A stretch of DNA of 64,000 nucleotides from a bacterium (GCA_020057555.1 JAGVFR010000001.1:3062-67061), one strand, 5' to 3'. Numbered from the stretch's first letter, positions 1-9,208 are shown. Notes: generated from the letters alone by a model not told the origin. A program made the numbers and translations.

Positions 1-2
1 GT

Positions 3-299
3 TATTCTATCAATGACACAATCGTTGTTCTTGATCGTACTAGAGAGAACCTTTTGCATCGCACAGGAGCTTCTTTGTCAGAAACAGTTGAAGCGAGCAT
101 TCAACAAACGCTTCTTCGTTCGCTTAACACAAGTTTAACAACTATTCTCGCTTTGCTAGCAATTTTTCTTTTTGGTGGTGATAGCACGCGTCCTTTCGCG
201 CTTGCGTTGATAATTGGAATCGCAGTTGGAACATATTCATCTATATTTGTGGCAAGTCCATTGTTGATTGTTTGGGAGAAAATGAAGAAAAGAAGCTGA
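3..299 (+). CDS. secF: Protein translocase subunit SecF, C-terminal part (5' truncated by window)
   Basis: Frame from nt 3 reads YSINDTIVVLDRTREN...RSLNTSLTT...GTYSSIFVASPLL, SecF signature segments. Confidence 0.95.
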   Translation, partial: YSINDTIVVLDRTRENLLHRTGASLSETVEASIQQTLLRSLNTSLTTILALLAIFLFGGDSTRPFALALIIGIAVGTYSSIFVASPLLIVWEKMKKRS

Positions 300-330
300 A
301 GAAGTTGGAGAAGCTGAAGAAGTTGTAGAA
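291..330. repeat. 9-mer tandem repeat spanning the secF stop codon
   Basis: AGAAGCTGA AGAAGTTGG AGAAGCTGA AGAAGTTGT AGAA. Confidence 0.85.
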
Positions 331-379
331 TAACAGGCGACATTCGCTTGTTCTTTTGATATAATAAAGTTTGAAGGAT

Positions 380-1891
380 ATGCTATCTCTTTTTGCGATT
401 CCGATCGTTCAACAAACAGTTCAAACTTCTACGGTTGCTTTTTCGTTCTTCGAGCGTCCGATTGACGTTATTCTTTTTGATTTTTTAATTTGGTTTGGAT
501 GGATTCCAATTGCGATTACTCTTGGTTGGGGGTTTGTAATGATGTGGCAAAATTATCGTCAAGGTGAATGGTCAAAGACTTTGAAATTTGTTTTGTTAGC
601 GATTGATGTTCCAACAATGACAGAACAAACGCCAAAAGCTTTGGAAAATTTATTTTCGAGTTTATATGGAGCAAAATCAAGTCTAACATGGAAAGAATTA
701 TGGATTGTTGGAAAATACCACCCAAGTTTTTCTTTTGAGATTATTTCGGCTGAAGGATACATACAATTTCTTGTTCGAACACAAACTCGTTTTCGCGACA
801 TGATCGAAGCAGGTATTTACGCGCATTATCCAGACGCTGAAATTTCAGAGGTTGAAGATTATGCTACGAAATTTCCAAATGTTTTTCCTGACAAAGAATA
901 TGAAATGTGGGGAGGGGAATTTAAATTGGCAAAACCTTCAATGTATCCAATCCGGACATATATTGAGTTTGAAGATAAAGTAACTGGTGAAATTAAAGAT
1001 CCTCTTGGACACACACTTGAGCAACTTGCAAAAATGAGGCCAGGAGAACATTTTTGGTTTCAGATGATCATTCAACCATCAACGAATGATTGGATTAAAG
1101 AAGGAATGACCCGATTGAATAAACTTTACGGAAAAACAGAGCAAGCTAAAAAGAGCGCGATTGTTTCCTCAATTGAATCTGTTGTTTCATGGCCGATTGG
1201 TGTGATTGCAAATGCGACAGGGACTGATCTTGGCGGTTTGTTTGGTATTACAGAAGAAGCAAAAAAAGAGCCTTATGTTTTACTGCCTTTGCAAGAAACA
1301 AAAGAGGCAGATGCTTTGTATAAAAAACTTTCAAAAGTCGGAATGGGAACAAAAATTCGGATTCTTTATGTTGCAAAAAAGAATGCGTTTGTAAAAGTCG
1401 AGAGAACTGGCATGGTTAAAGGAATTTTGAATCAATACTCCGATCTTGCGTTAAACAAGTTTGAACTTTTTATTCCTCAAGTTCCTAAAGATGATTATTT
1501 TTGGATGCGATGGGTTTATACAAAAAAACAACATACGCTCATGAAAGCGTACCAAAATCGTAGCTGGGGGATTGGAGCTGATCCATCTTTTTTGAACGTT
1601 GAGGAAATAGCTTCGCTTTGGCACTTCCCAACATTTGGATTTAAGGCGCCTTTGGTTAAGAAGGCTGAAGCTCGACGCGCAGAGCCTCCTGTTGGTCTTC
1701 CAATTACGTTTGAAGAAGATACTTTGGCAATTGGAAGAGAAGAAAAGGAAGAAAGAGAAGAAAAGGAAGAAAGAGAAGAAAAGGAAGAAAGAGAAGAAAT
1801 ATCTGATACGATCGGAACTGCTGAAGTTCCTATTGTTAAACCGCCAACAACTAAAAATGAGGATTTTGTTCCACCGAATTTACCTGTTTAG
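380..1891 (+). CDS. Membrane-anchored hypothetical protein, likely partner of the downstream coupling-type ATPase
   Basis: ~500 aa ORF (track starts at TTG 371; ATG at 380), N-terminal TM helix, FSFEI...IYAHYPDAEISEVEDY, YPIRTY and LNVEEIASLWHFP segments of the kind seen in CPR TraD-partner proteins. Confidence 0.7.
   Translation: MLSLFAIPIVQQTVQTSTVAFSFFERPIDVILFDFLIWFGWIPIAITLGWGFVMMWQNYRQGEWSKTLKFVLLAIDVPTMTEQTPKALENLFSSLYGAKSSLTWKELWIVGKYHPSFSFEIISAEGYIQFLVRTQTRFRDMIEAGIYAHYPDAEISEVEDYATKFPNVFPDKEYEMWGGEFKLAKPSMYPIRTYIEFEDKVTGEIKDPLGHTLEQLAKMRPGEHFWFQMIIQPSTNDWIKEGMTRLNKLYGKTEQAKKSAIVSSIESVVSWPIGVIANATGTDLGGLFGITEEAKKEPYVLLPLQETKEADALYKKLSKVGMGTKIRILYVAKKNAFVKVERTGMVKGILNQYSDLALNKFELFIPQVPKDDYFWMRWVYTKKQHTLMKAYQNRSWGIGADPSFLNVEEIASLWHFPTFGFKAPLVKKAEARRAEPPVGLPITFEEDTLAIGREEKEEREEKEEREEKEEREEISDTIGTAEVPIVKPPTTKNEDFVPPNLPV
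1736..1798. repeat. In-frame perfect 18-bp tandem repeat (3.5 copies) encoding (REEKEE)3REE
   Basis: AGAGAAGAAAAGGAAGAA x3 plus AGAGAAGAA. Confidence 0.95.
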
Positions 1892-1938
1892 TTTTATCCT
1901 CACACACTCACCCCTTTTCTCCTCGCCCCTTTTTCTAT

Positions 1939-3927
1939 ATGTCCCACAACCACGATCACGAAAACGAAGTCACATACTTTGCTAAAACAAACTTTAGAAA
2001 CTCAATGACAAAGTTTGGCATCAAGACTGACGATAGGCGTCGTCATGTTTATGTGATTGGAAAAACAGGCATGGGAAAAACAACTTTGCTTGAAAATTTT
2101 ATTTTATCTGATATTTACGCAGGACATGGTTGTTGTTATGTTGATCCGCACGGAGACACGGCAGAAAAATTGATTGATTACATTCCAAGCTGGAGAATAA
2201 ACGATGTAATTTATTTCAACCCATCAGATGTTGATTATCCGATTGGTTTTAACATTTTGGAAGCAGTAAGTGAACGACACAAACATTTGGTCGCTAGCGG
2301 AATGATGGGTGTTTTCAAAAAGATTTGGGAAAACATGTGGTCTTCACGAATGGAATATATTTTGAATAACACTATCCTGGCTCTTCTTGATAATCCTGGA
2401 CAAACCTTGCTTGGAATCAACCGTATGCTTTCAGAAGAGGAATTCAGAAATCGGATTGTCGGAAATGTCACAGATCCAGTTGTAAAACAATTTTGGTTGA
2501 AAGAATTTGCTTCATATAACGACAAATATGCCCAAGAAGCTGTTGCGCCTATCCAAAATAAAATTGGTCAATTTTTGTCAGCGTCTGTAATTCGAAACAT
2601 TGTCGCTCAAGTTAAATCAACGATTCATATTCGCGAGATAATGGATTCTGAAAAGATATTTATTATCAACCTTTCAAAGGGTCGAATCGGTGAAGACAAT
2701 TCTCGTTTGCTTGGTGGACTTTTAATTACCAAATTGCAATTAGCCGCAATGGAACGTGTTGATGTCCCTGAAAATGATCGAAAAGATTTTTATCTGTACG
2801 TTGATGAGTTTCAAAATTTTGCTGTTGAGTCGTTTGCTGGAATTCTTTCCGAAGCTCGCAAGTACCGTTTGTGTTTGACAATGGCGCATCAATACATTGC
2901 TCAACTTACAGACGAGGTTCGAGAAGCTGTATTTGGAAACGTAGGAACGATCATCTCATATCGTGTTGGTTCTCCGGATGGTTTGTATATGGAAAAAGAA
3001 TTTGCGCCTCGTTTCATGCCAGAAGATATTATCAATCTTCCAAAATACAACGTTTATTTGAAATTGTTGATTGATGGTGTTTCAAGTCAACCGTTTTCCG
3101 CGATTACTTTGCCGCCGATTTCTAAGCGCACAGATTCTGCCGATCGTGTCATCAAAGTATCGCGTGAACGTTTTGCAAATCCACGAAAAGAAATTGAAGA
3201 AAAGATTTTGCAATGGAGTGGAATGGAAAACGCGGACATGGACACACTGCTTAAAGAAGCAGAAGAAAAAAAGAAAATGGCAAAGACGGCGCGAAAGCCT
3301 CGTTTTGAATATAATTGCACACGGTGTAACAAACAAATTATCTTGGCGGTTGAACTCGATCGTTCTCGACCGATCTATTGCGAGGAGTGTATAGAAATTG
3401 TTAGAGAGGAACGAAAACATGGAAAATCAAAACGGCCAGAAGTTCATGTAAAACCAGAACTTCCACCACGGCCATCTGAAGGTACAGTTGTTGAGCGTGT
3501 GGCAACCGAAACACCGATGAGTTTGGATCGGTTGAATGTGAAAAGTGAGAAGACCCAGACGACTGAAAGGACCAAGATGACCGAGAGGGAAAACGATTTA
3601 TCGCCTGAGCCTGTCGAAGGCAGTAATTTAACTCCTGCTCAAGCTAAAGATGATTGGTTGTCTAATGAGATTAAAAAACCAAATGCACATGTTGCAAGTA
3701 TTGCACCTCAACAAACAACAACAGCCGCGGGTTTTATCCAGCGTCAAAATACACAAGGCGAAAATAATAATAAACGAAAACGAAATAGAAAAAAGAAGCA
3801 AAACGTTCCACTTCCCAATGGGGACAACAGGGGATCGTCGGTAGCTCCGCAAATTGTTTCTCCGTCATCTATTCCACAAAAAAATACAGGGACACTCAAA
3901 CCAGGACAAACAATAAAGTTTGATTGA
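1939..3927 (+). CDS. TraD/VirD4/HerA-like P-loop ATPase with CxxC-x17-CxxC zinc ribbon and disordered tail
   Basis: Walker A GKTGMGKT, DPHGD, Walker B LYVDEFQ, SEARKY, AHQY; CTRC...CEEC. Confidence 0.9.
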   Translation: MSHNHDHENEVTYFAKTNFRNSMTKFGIKTDDRRRHVYVIGKTGMGKTTLLENFILSDIYAGHGCCYVDPHGDTAEKLIDYIPSWRINDVIYFNPSDVDYPIGFNILEAVSERHKHLVASGMMGVFKKIWENMWSSRMEYILNNTILALLDNPGQTLLGINRMLSEEEFRNRIVGNVTDPVVKQFWLKEFASYNDKYAQEAVAPIQNKIGQFLSASVIRNIVAQVKSTIHIREIMDSEKIFIINLSKGRIGEDNSRLLGGLLITKLQLAAMERVDVPENDRKDFYLYVDEFQNFAVESFAGILSEARKYRLCLTMAHQYIAQLTDEVREAVFGNVGTIISYRVGSPDGLYMEKEFAPRFMPEDIINLPKYNVYLKLLIDGVSSQPFSAITLPPISKRTDSADRVIKVSRERFANPRKEIEEKILQWSGMENADMDTLLKEAEEKKKMAKTARKPRFEYNCTRCNKQIILAVELDRSRPIYCEECIEIVREERKHGKSKRPEVHVKPELPPRPSEGTVVERVATETPMSLDRLNVKSEKTQTTERTKMTERENDLSPEPVEGSNLTPAQAKDDWLSNEIKKPNAHVASIAPQQTTTAAGFIQRQNTQGENNNKRKRNRKKKQNVPLPNGDNRGSSVAPQIVSPSSIPQKNTGTLKPGQTIKFD

Positions 3928-3936
3928 CAAAAAAAG

Positions 3937-4016
3937 AAGTAGTAGGTAGTAAGTAGCAGGTAGTAGGTAAATACGTTGAAAGAAGATACTTACTACTTAG
4001 TACTTGCTACTTTTTT
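3937..4016. repeat. Inverted heptamer-repeat hairpin between ATPase stop and HD gene start
   Basis: Left arm AAGTAGTAGGTAGTAAGTAGCAGGTAGTAGGTA; right arm TACTTACTACTTAGTACTTGCTACTTTTTT ends at ATG 4017. Confidence 0.85.
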
Positions 4017-5330
4017 ATGCACTCCTACGAACTTCGCGATCCAATTCATCATCGCATTTCATTTAACGAATTTGAACGGACGATCATTGATCATCCGTTT
4101 TTTCAGCGTTTGCGATTCATTAGCCAACTTGGCATGATGCATTCCTACGTATATCCAGGCGGAGTTCACGATAGGTTTATACATTCGATTGGGACAATGC
4201 ATGTTGCAGGACGATTATTCGATCATTTATTTTTTGATTCTTCAGAGCTTCAATCAAATTTGTCCGCAGAAGAAATGAAAGAACTTCGTTCTCGTGTTCG
4301 CGTTGCCGGACTTTTGCATGATATTGGTCATGGACCATTTTCTCATGCGTCTGAATTTGTTTTTCCATTACTCGAAACTTTTCCTCTCGATTGGTCTTGG
4401 TGGAAACAAAAACAAAATCGTAAAGCAATTCACGAAGATTACAGCATACTTTTAATACAAACACTTGTTCACGAAAATATTTTGGAAAAATCGTTTGCTC
4501 AAGATGTTGCGTCAATTATTCACAAAGATATTTTGCCGTCAGAATATTTAGACAAACTTTCAAATCGTATTCCAGGACTCGGTCGAGTTCTAAAGGGTCT
4601 TATTTCTGGCGAAGCTGATGCTGATCGAATGGATTATCTTTTGCGTGATAGTTATTTTTGTGGAGTCGCGTATGGAAATTATGATCTTGATTGGTTGATC
4701 TCATCGCTCGGTGTTGCACAATACGAAAGACAATTGATAATGACTCTTTCTGAAAATGGAGTTCGCGCGTATGAAGACATGCTGCTTGCTCGTTATCACA
4801 TGATCGATCAAGTTTATTATCACAAAACAAAAGCAGGGTTTGCGCATTATTTGGAAGAAGCGATTCAAACCAAAGAAATTCCACTTGCGATTCCTACTGA
4901 TCCGTATTTGTACACACAGTTGCGCGACGGAGCATTAATTGAACAGATTTTTGAGTCAGCAAAAAATCCGAAAAATTATTGGTCAGAACATATCGTAAAA
5001 CGAATTCCAGCAAAACGGATTTTACGTTTACAAAAAAATAAACCGGAAGATCATGATATTCTTTTAAAGCTGATTAATTTTTGTGAGAAAAATAATATCA
5101 GATATTTTATGCATTCAGTTTGGAACGAGCTTTCTCATTTTGGAGAAGGAGCGTCTGAAAGCGCGACAATGATTTATGTTGAGAAGCGTTTGGTGAACGG
5201 TGTTGAGTATATTCCAATTTTCAAGTATTCAGATTTACTTCAAAAGTATAACGAAAAGTTGGATTTCACAGATTTTTTTGTGTTTCGTGAGGACGCGGAA
5301 AAGTTTGAGCAATTAGCTGCTAGCTTTTAG
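4017..5330 (+). CDS. HD-domain phosphohydrolase, SAMHD1/dNTP triphosphohydrolase-like
   Basis: RDPIH, QRLRFISQLG, HDRFIHSIG, LLHDIGHGPFSH, DADRMDYLLRD. Confidence 0.9.
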   Translation: MHSYELRDPIHHRISFNEFERTIIDHPFFQRLRFISQLGMMHSYVYPGGVHDRFIHSIGTMHVAGRLFDHLFFDSSELQSNLSAEEMKELRSRVRVAGLLHDIGHGPFSHASEFVFPLLETFPLDWSWWKQKQNRKAIHEDYSILLIQTLVHENILEKSFAQDVASIIHKDILPSEYLDKLSNRIPGLGRVLKGLISGEADADRMDYLLRDSYFCGVAYGNYDLDWLISSLGVAQYERQLIMTLSENGVRAYEDMLLARYHMIDQVYYHKTKAGFAHYLEEAIQTKEIPLAIPTDPYLYTQLRDGALIEQIFESAKNPKNYWSEHIVKRIPAKRILRLQKNKPEDHDILLKLINFCEKNNIRYFMHSVWNELSHFGEGASESATMIYVEKRLVNGVEYIPIFKYSDLLQKYNEKLDFTDFFVFREDAEKFEQLAASF

Positions 5331-5377
5331 TTTCGATTATGTGTTTTCTAACGGCTAATAGCTAAAGGCTAACGGCT
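5308..5377. repeat. Inverted heptamer-repeat tract between HD gene and mnmA
   Basis: AGCAATT AGCTGCT AGCTTTT AG ... CTAACGG CTAATAG CTAAAGG CTAACGG CT then ATG. Confidence 0.75.
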
Positions 5378-6496
5378 ATGACTAATTCATCAAAAGTCCT
5401 ACTCGGAATGTCTGGAGGGGTTGACTCGTCAGTGTCAGCGGCTTTGTTGTTGGAACAAGGATATGAAGTAATCGGAGCGTTCATGAAAAATTGGTCTGAA
5501 AACGAATGCAATGGACCAGAGTTCAAAGAGTGCGGTTGGAAAACAGAACGACGCGATGCGGCGCGTGTTGCGGCGAAACTTGGGATTCCATTTTTAACTC
5601 TGGATTTTGAAAAAGAATATCGTCGAGATGTTATCGAATATCTATTTCGCGAATCAGAAGCCGGTCGAACTCCAAATCCTGATGTTATGTGCAATAAGTT
5701 TATAAAGTTTGATCGTTTTGTACGCGAAGCAGATCGTCTTGGATGCGAGTTTATTGCGACCGGACATTATGCGAGGATTGCTCGTTCTAGATCCTTCGAC
5801 TCGTCCAGCCAAAAGGCCGGACTCGCTCAGGATGACACAAAGGATTGGAGTATTCTTGCAGGGAAAGATTCCAACAAAGATCAAACTTATTTCCTATGGG
5901 CGATAGATAAGAAAATTTTACCTCGAATTATATTTCCAATCGGTGAAATGAAAAAACCAGAAGTCCGCGCAAAAGCTCGCGAACTTGGACTTGATGTTGC
6001 TGAAAAAAAAGACAGTGTTGGAATTTGTTTTGTTGGTGAAGTTGAAATGCGAGAATTTTTGAAAACAAGAATCAAAGAAGATCCAGGGAAAATAGTAACC
6101 ACAGATGGAAAAATTGTTGGTGAACATTCTGGAATATATTTTTTCACAATTGGTCAGCGTCATGGTTTGAATATTGGTGGTGGAGCTCCATATTACGTTG
6201 TTGAAAAGCGCGAAAAAACAAAAGAGCTTATTGTCACAAGTAATTATCATCCATCTTTATACAAAGACGAATTATGTGTTGAGCAAATCAATTTGCTTGT
6301 TGATTCGCTTCCAAAAAACATCAAATGCAAATCTCGTATTCGTTATCGTCAACCACTTCAATCTTGCGCAGTAACTTTTCTTCCAAATAAAAAAGTTGTG
6401 GTTAAATTTGATAAATCACAGCGTGCTGTAACACCAGGACAGTCAATTGTTTTTTACGATGCTGAAGTGATGTTGGGAGGTGGAGTGATTGTGTAA
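5378..6496 (+). CDS. mnmA: tRNA 2-thiouridylase MnmA
   Basis: MSGGVDSSV, TPNPDVMCN, ATGHYAR, KDQTYFL, KKDSVGICF, TPGQ. Confidence 0.98.
   Translation: MTNSSKVLLGMSGGVDSSVSAALLLEQGYEVIGAFMKNWSENECNGPEFKECGWKTERRDAARVAAKLGIPFLTLDFEKEYRRDVIEYLFRESEAGRTPNPDVMCNKFIKFDRFVREADRLGCEFIATGHYARIARSRSFDSSSQKAGLAQDDTKDWSILAGKDSNKDQTYFLWAIDKKILPRIIFPIGEMKKPEVRAKARELGLDVAEKKDSVGICFVGEVEMREFLKTRIKEDPGKIVTTDGKIVGEHSGIYFFTIGQRHGLNIGGGAPYYVVEKREKTKELIVTSNYHPSLYKDELCVEQINLLVDSLPKNIKCKSRIRYRQPLQSCAVTFLPNKKVVVKFDKSQRAVTPGQSIVFYDAEVMLGGGVIV
5789..5837. repeat. REP-like palindromic element inserted in frame in mnmA
   Basis: AGATCCTTCGACTC-GTCCAGCC AAAA GGCCGGAC-TCGCTCAGGATGACA; GC-rich nested hairpin in an AT-rich gene. 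Confidence 0.7.
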
Positions 6497-7074
6497 AACC
6501 ACTCATAAAACTTTTTTGCTCCCAAAATTGGATCAGTTTTTGTGGTTGAATATGAAGCCGGGTCTTTTTCATTTACATTGATCGGAACTGGTATAAGCAT
6601 GTATTCGTTCATTCCTTTTATGTGAGTTTGAATTGATCCTTCAATTGGCGCGATAGTCACCAATTGCTGATAATCATAATTGATTAGAGTTGCCGAACCA
6701 CTTACTAGAACATTTTCCGTTTTGTTCGTTTCTATAAAAAGAGGAACACGGTCTTTATTGACAACAATTATTCTTCCTTTTGGAAATCGAATTTTTCGTT
6801 CTTTTTTGTAGAGACGATAAAGTTCAAGCCGCGATCGTTCATCGATTCCAATTTGAATGTTGTTTCCAATATTGATTGCGAGATATTCGCCAGCCTTTGT
6901 TTCAATAAATTCGCCTCGACGAAATTTTTCGCCAACAATCCGATCAGATCCTGATGTTGAAACTATGACAACCGACTCTTCTGGAATTGTGTCAAAACGT
7001 CTAATCAAAAGAAGACCTGCGATAACAGTGAAAAATAGAGCGGCTATAAGAATTTGAACGCGAGTTTGTTGCAT
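6454..7074 (-). CDS. Membrane-anchored hypothetical protein, FecR-like beta domain
   Basis: 206 aa, N-terminal TM; GEFIET...IQIGIDERSRLEL...IRFPKGRI pattern resembles FecR. Confidence 0.55.
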   Translation of the reverse strand: MQQTRVQILIAALFFTVIAGLLLIRRFDTIPEESVVIVSTSGSDRIVGEKFRRGEFIETKAGEYLAINIGNNIQIGIDERSRLELYRLYKKERKIRFPKGRIIVVNKDRVPLFIETNKTENVLVSGSATLINYDYQQLVTIAPIEGSIQTHIKGMNEYMLIPVPINVNEKDPASYSTTKTDPILGAKKFYEWFYTITPPPNITSAS

Positions 7075-7093
7075 GCTAAGATAATATCACAAT

Positions 7094-7345
7094 ATGAAAT
7101 ACTTTTTTTACGGGGACGAATGTCCTCATTGCCACGTAATGATACCAATTGTGGATAAACTCATTGGCGAAGGCATTAAAATCACAAAGCTTGAAACTTG
7201 GCATAATTCAGAAAATGCGTCTCTTTTTGAAACGAAAGACAAAGGTTTGTGTGGTGGTGTTCCATTTTGCTTCAATGATAAAACAGGGAAATCAATTTGC
7301 GGTGAAGCTTCTGAAGAAGAAGTTCGGAAATGTTTTTTGGAATAA
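7094..7345 (+). CDS. Small thioredoxin/glutaredoxin-like protein
   Basis: ECPHCH redox motif, GGVP cis-Pro loop, SICGE. Confidence 0.85.
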   Translation: MKYFFYGDECPHCHVMIPIVDKLIGEGIKITKLETWHNSENASLFETKDKGLCGGVPFCFNDKTGKSICGEASEEEVRKCFLE

Positions 7346-7351
7346 ACGTTT

Positions 7352-8287
7352 ATGAAATTTCGATTGAATCATTCCGTCGCTCTAACATGTTGCGCAATTC
7401 TTTTTGTTGGAGCAGGTTGCACTCAACAGATTGTTTCAGACAAAACTCCAGAGCAAGCCGCCGCTCTTCTCAATCTTGAAGCTGGATCGAAAATTACTTT
7501 GCGGGAAACAATACTTGGCGTTGGTGGAAAAGCAATTTCTTTGTTTGAGGGAACAGATGCAGATCGAATCATTTCGGTCAAATCTTGGGAGCCGAAAGTT
7601 AGAGGAGTTTTTTCATGGGAAAGATCTTTGAAAAAGGAAACGTCAGCTTCATCAGAAGCACGTAAAAAATATTTTAAAGAATACGCGTCTGCTTCGATTG
7701 GCACACAACTTCCAAATCCACCAGAACCAGTTTACGAAACAGTTGTTGAAAATGGTTTACTTGAGACTAATTCCCTTAATAATGGAAACAAAATTTCACT
7801 TCCGATTTTCTGGCAAGAAGATCAGAACACAGACGATCAGAATTTAAAAGATGATTCTACACTAATCTGGTTATCAAATAAGCAATATAAAGAACTTGTT
7901 GAAAATCGACGTACAGAAATTCATCTTGGACTATTTGATGATTCCGTTTCTTATATAACCGGACTGACTGATCAGATTGAATCTTTTATTGATCAATTGA
8001 AAGGCGACACTCCAGTTGTTCAAGAAAAAAAAATATCTGAAATTGAAGCAGATATAAATTGGAAAACTTATAGACTAAAAGTAAACGGAGTTTTGACGGA
8101 CGTGCGCGCTATTCAAGCTCAAAACGCTTTCGCTCGTTACACAATTCTTGCAAATGAAAATAATCCCCTTATTTTGGAGATTATTCTTTCACCTGCCTCG
8201 CGAGGAACAGCAAACCTTTTTAATTTAAAAGCTCTTGGAGAAGCATTTTGGGGATACGAAGTCACTTCAATTACAACCTCACAATAA
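7352..8287 (+). CDS. Hypothetical lipoprotein
   Basis: 311 aa, signal peptide ending ILFVGAG-C (lipobox-like). Confidence 0.7.
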   Translation: MKFRLNHSVALTCCAILFVGAGCTQQIVSDKTPEQAAALLNLEAGSKITLRETILGVGGKAISLFEGTDADRIISVKSWEPKVRGVFSWERSLKKETSASSEARKKYFKEYASASIGTQLPNPPEPVYETVVENGLLETNSLNNGNKISLPIFWQEDQNTDDQNLKDDSTLIWLSNKQYKELVENRRTEIHLGLFDDSVSYITGLTDQIESFIDQLKGDTPVVQEKKISEIEADINWKTYRLKVNGVLTDVRAIQAQNAFARYTILANENNPLILEIILSPASRGTANLFNLKALGEAFWGYEVTSITTSQ

Positions 8288-8307
8288 ATTAAGAGGATAC
8301 GGGCTAT

Positions 8308-9162
8308 CTAAATTCCGAGTCGTTCTGTCCAATGAGGATCAACATCAACAGTAAGTTCAAGGAAAATTTTTCTGTTCATCGCACCTTCAAGTTCTTTGCG
8401 TGTTGATTGTCCAATTTCTTTTACCCCTTGTCCGCCAGTTCCGATGATCATTCTTTTATATCGATCGTTTGTTGTATAAATAGTTGCGGCTATGACTAAC
8501 ATGCCGTTTTCTTTATCTTGAATATCAGTGACTTCAACGTGAGTTGTGTATGGAACTTCCTGACGAAGACGTAAAAATAATTTTTCTCTTATCAATTCCG
8601 CAATCCAAAATGCGTTTGGAATATTTGTGATTTGATGTTCTGGATAAAAATACTCGCCTTCTGGAATAAATGAAAACAGTGTGTTAATTAGCGCTTCAAT
8701 ATTTGTTTCGCGTAGAGATGAAATTTCAACAGTAGCATCGAATTCAGGAGAAAGATCTCTATAAAAATCAATGAACGGCTTTTTTCTTTCGTCTATTTTG
8801 TTGATTATGAGAACTCGTTTTGCATCTATCTGTTTTATTATTCTCAATGCCTCATGTTCTTCATCACCAATTTCACGAGTTGGATCAACAACATAACCGA
8901 TAACATCAACATCTTGCAAAGATTGTTTTACAGTTTCAAGTAATTTTTTCGTTAAAGCATCACGTCGTTTTTTGTAAATTCCAGGTGTGTCAACAAAAAC
9001 AATTTGGCCTTCATCTCGCGTGAGAATGCCTTGAATTGGAAGACGAGTTGTTTGTGGTTTCGGCGTTGTAATGGAAATCTTTGACCCAATGATTGCATTA
9101 AGAAGTGTTGATTTTCCAACGTTTGAACGGCCGAATAGCACTACAAATCCTGATTTAGGCAT
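8308..9162 (-). CDS. era: GTPase Era
   Basis: GRSNVGKST, KPQTTR, DTPG, NKID, C-terminal KH domain (EVPY, IIGTGG). Confidence 0.97.
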   Translation of the reverse strand: MPKSGFVVLFGRSNVGKSTLLNAIIGSKISITTPKPQTTRLPIQGILTRDEGQIVFVDTPGIYKKRRDALTKKLLETVKQSLQDVDVIGYVVDPTREIGDEEHEALRIIKQIDAKRVLIINKIDERKKPFIDFYRDLSPEFDATVEISSLRETNIEALINTLFSFIPEGEYFYPEHQITNIPNAFWIAELIREKLFLRLRQEVPYTTHVEVTDIQDKENGMLVIAATIYTTNDRYKRMIIGTGGQGVKEIGQSTRKELEGAMNRKIFLELTVDVDPHWTERLGI

Positions 9163-9182
9163 AGTGGACTTTAGGTTATATT

Positions 9183-9208
9183 AAAAAAGAGCTTCTGTGA
9201 AGAAGCTC
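9183..9208 (-). terminator. Intrinsic terminator of the MFS gene
   Basis: GAGCTTCT/AGAAGCTC 8-bp stem followed by U6 on the minus strand. Confidence 0.8.

Noticed and set aside
380-3927. Integrative conjugative element
   Set aside because: No relaxase, integrase, mating-pair genes or att repeats; composition matches core genes.
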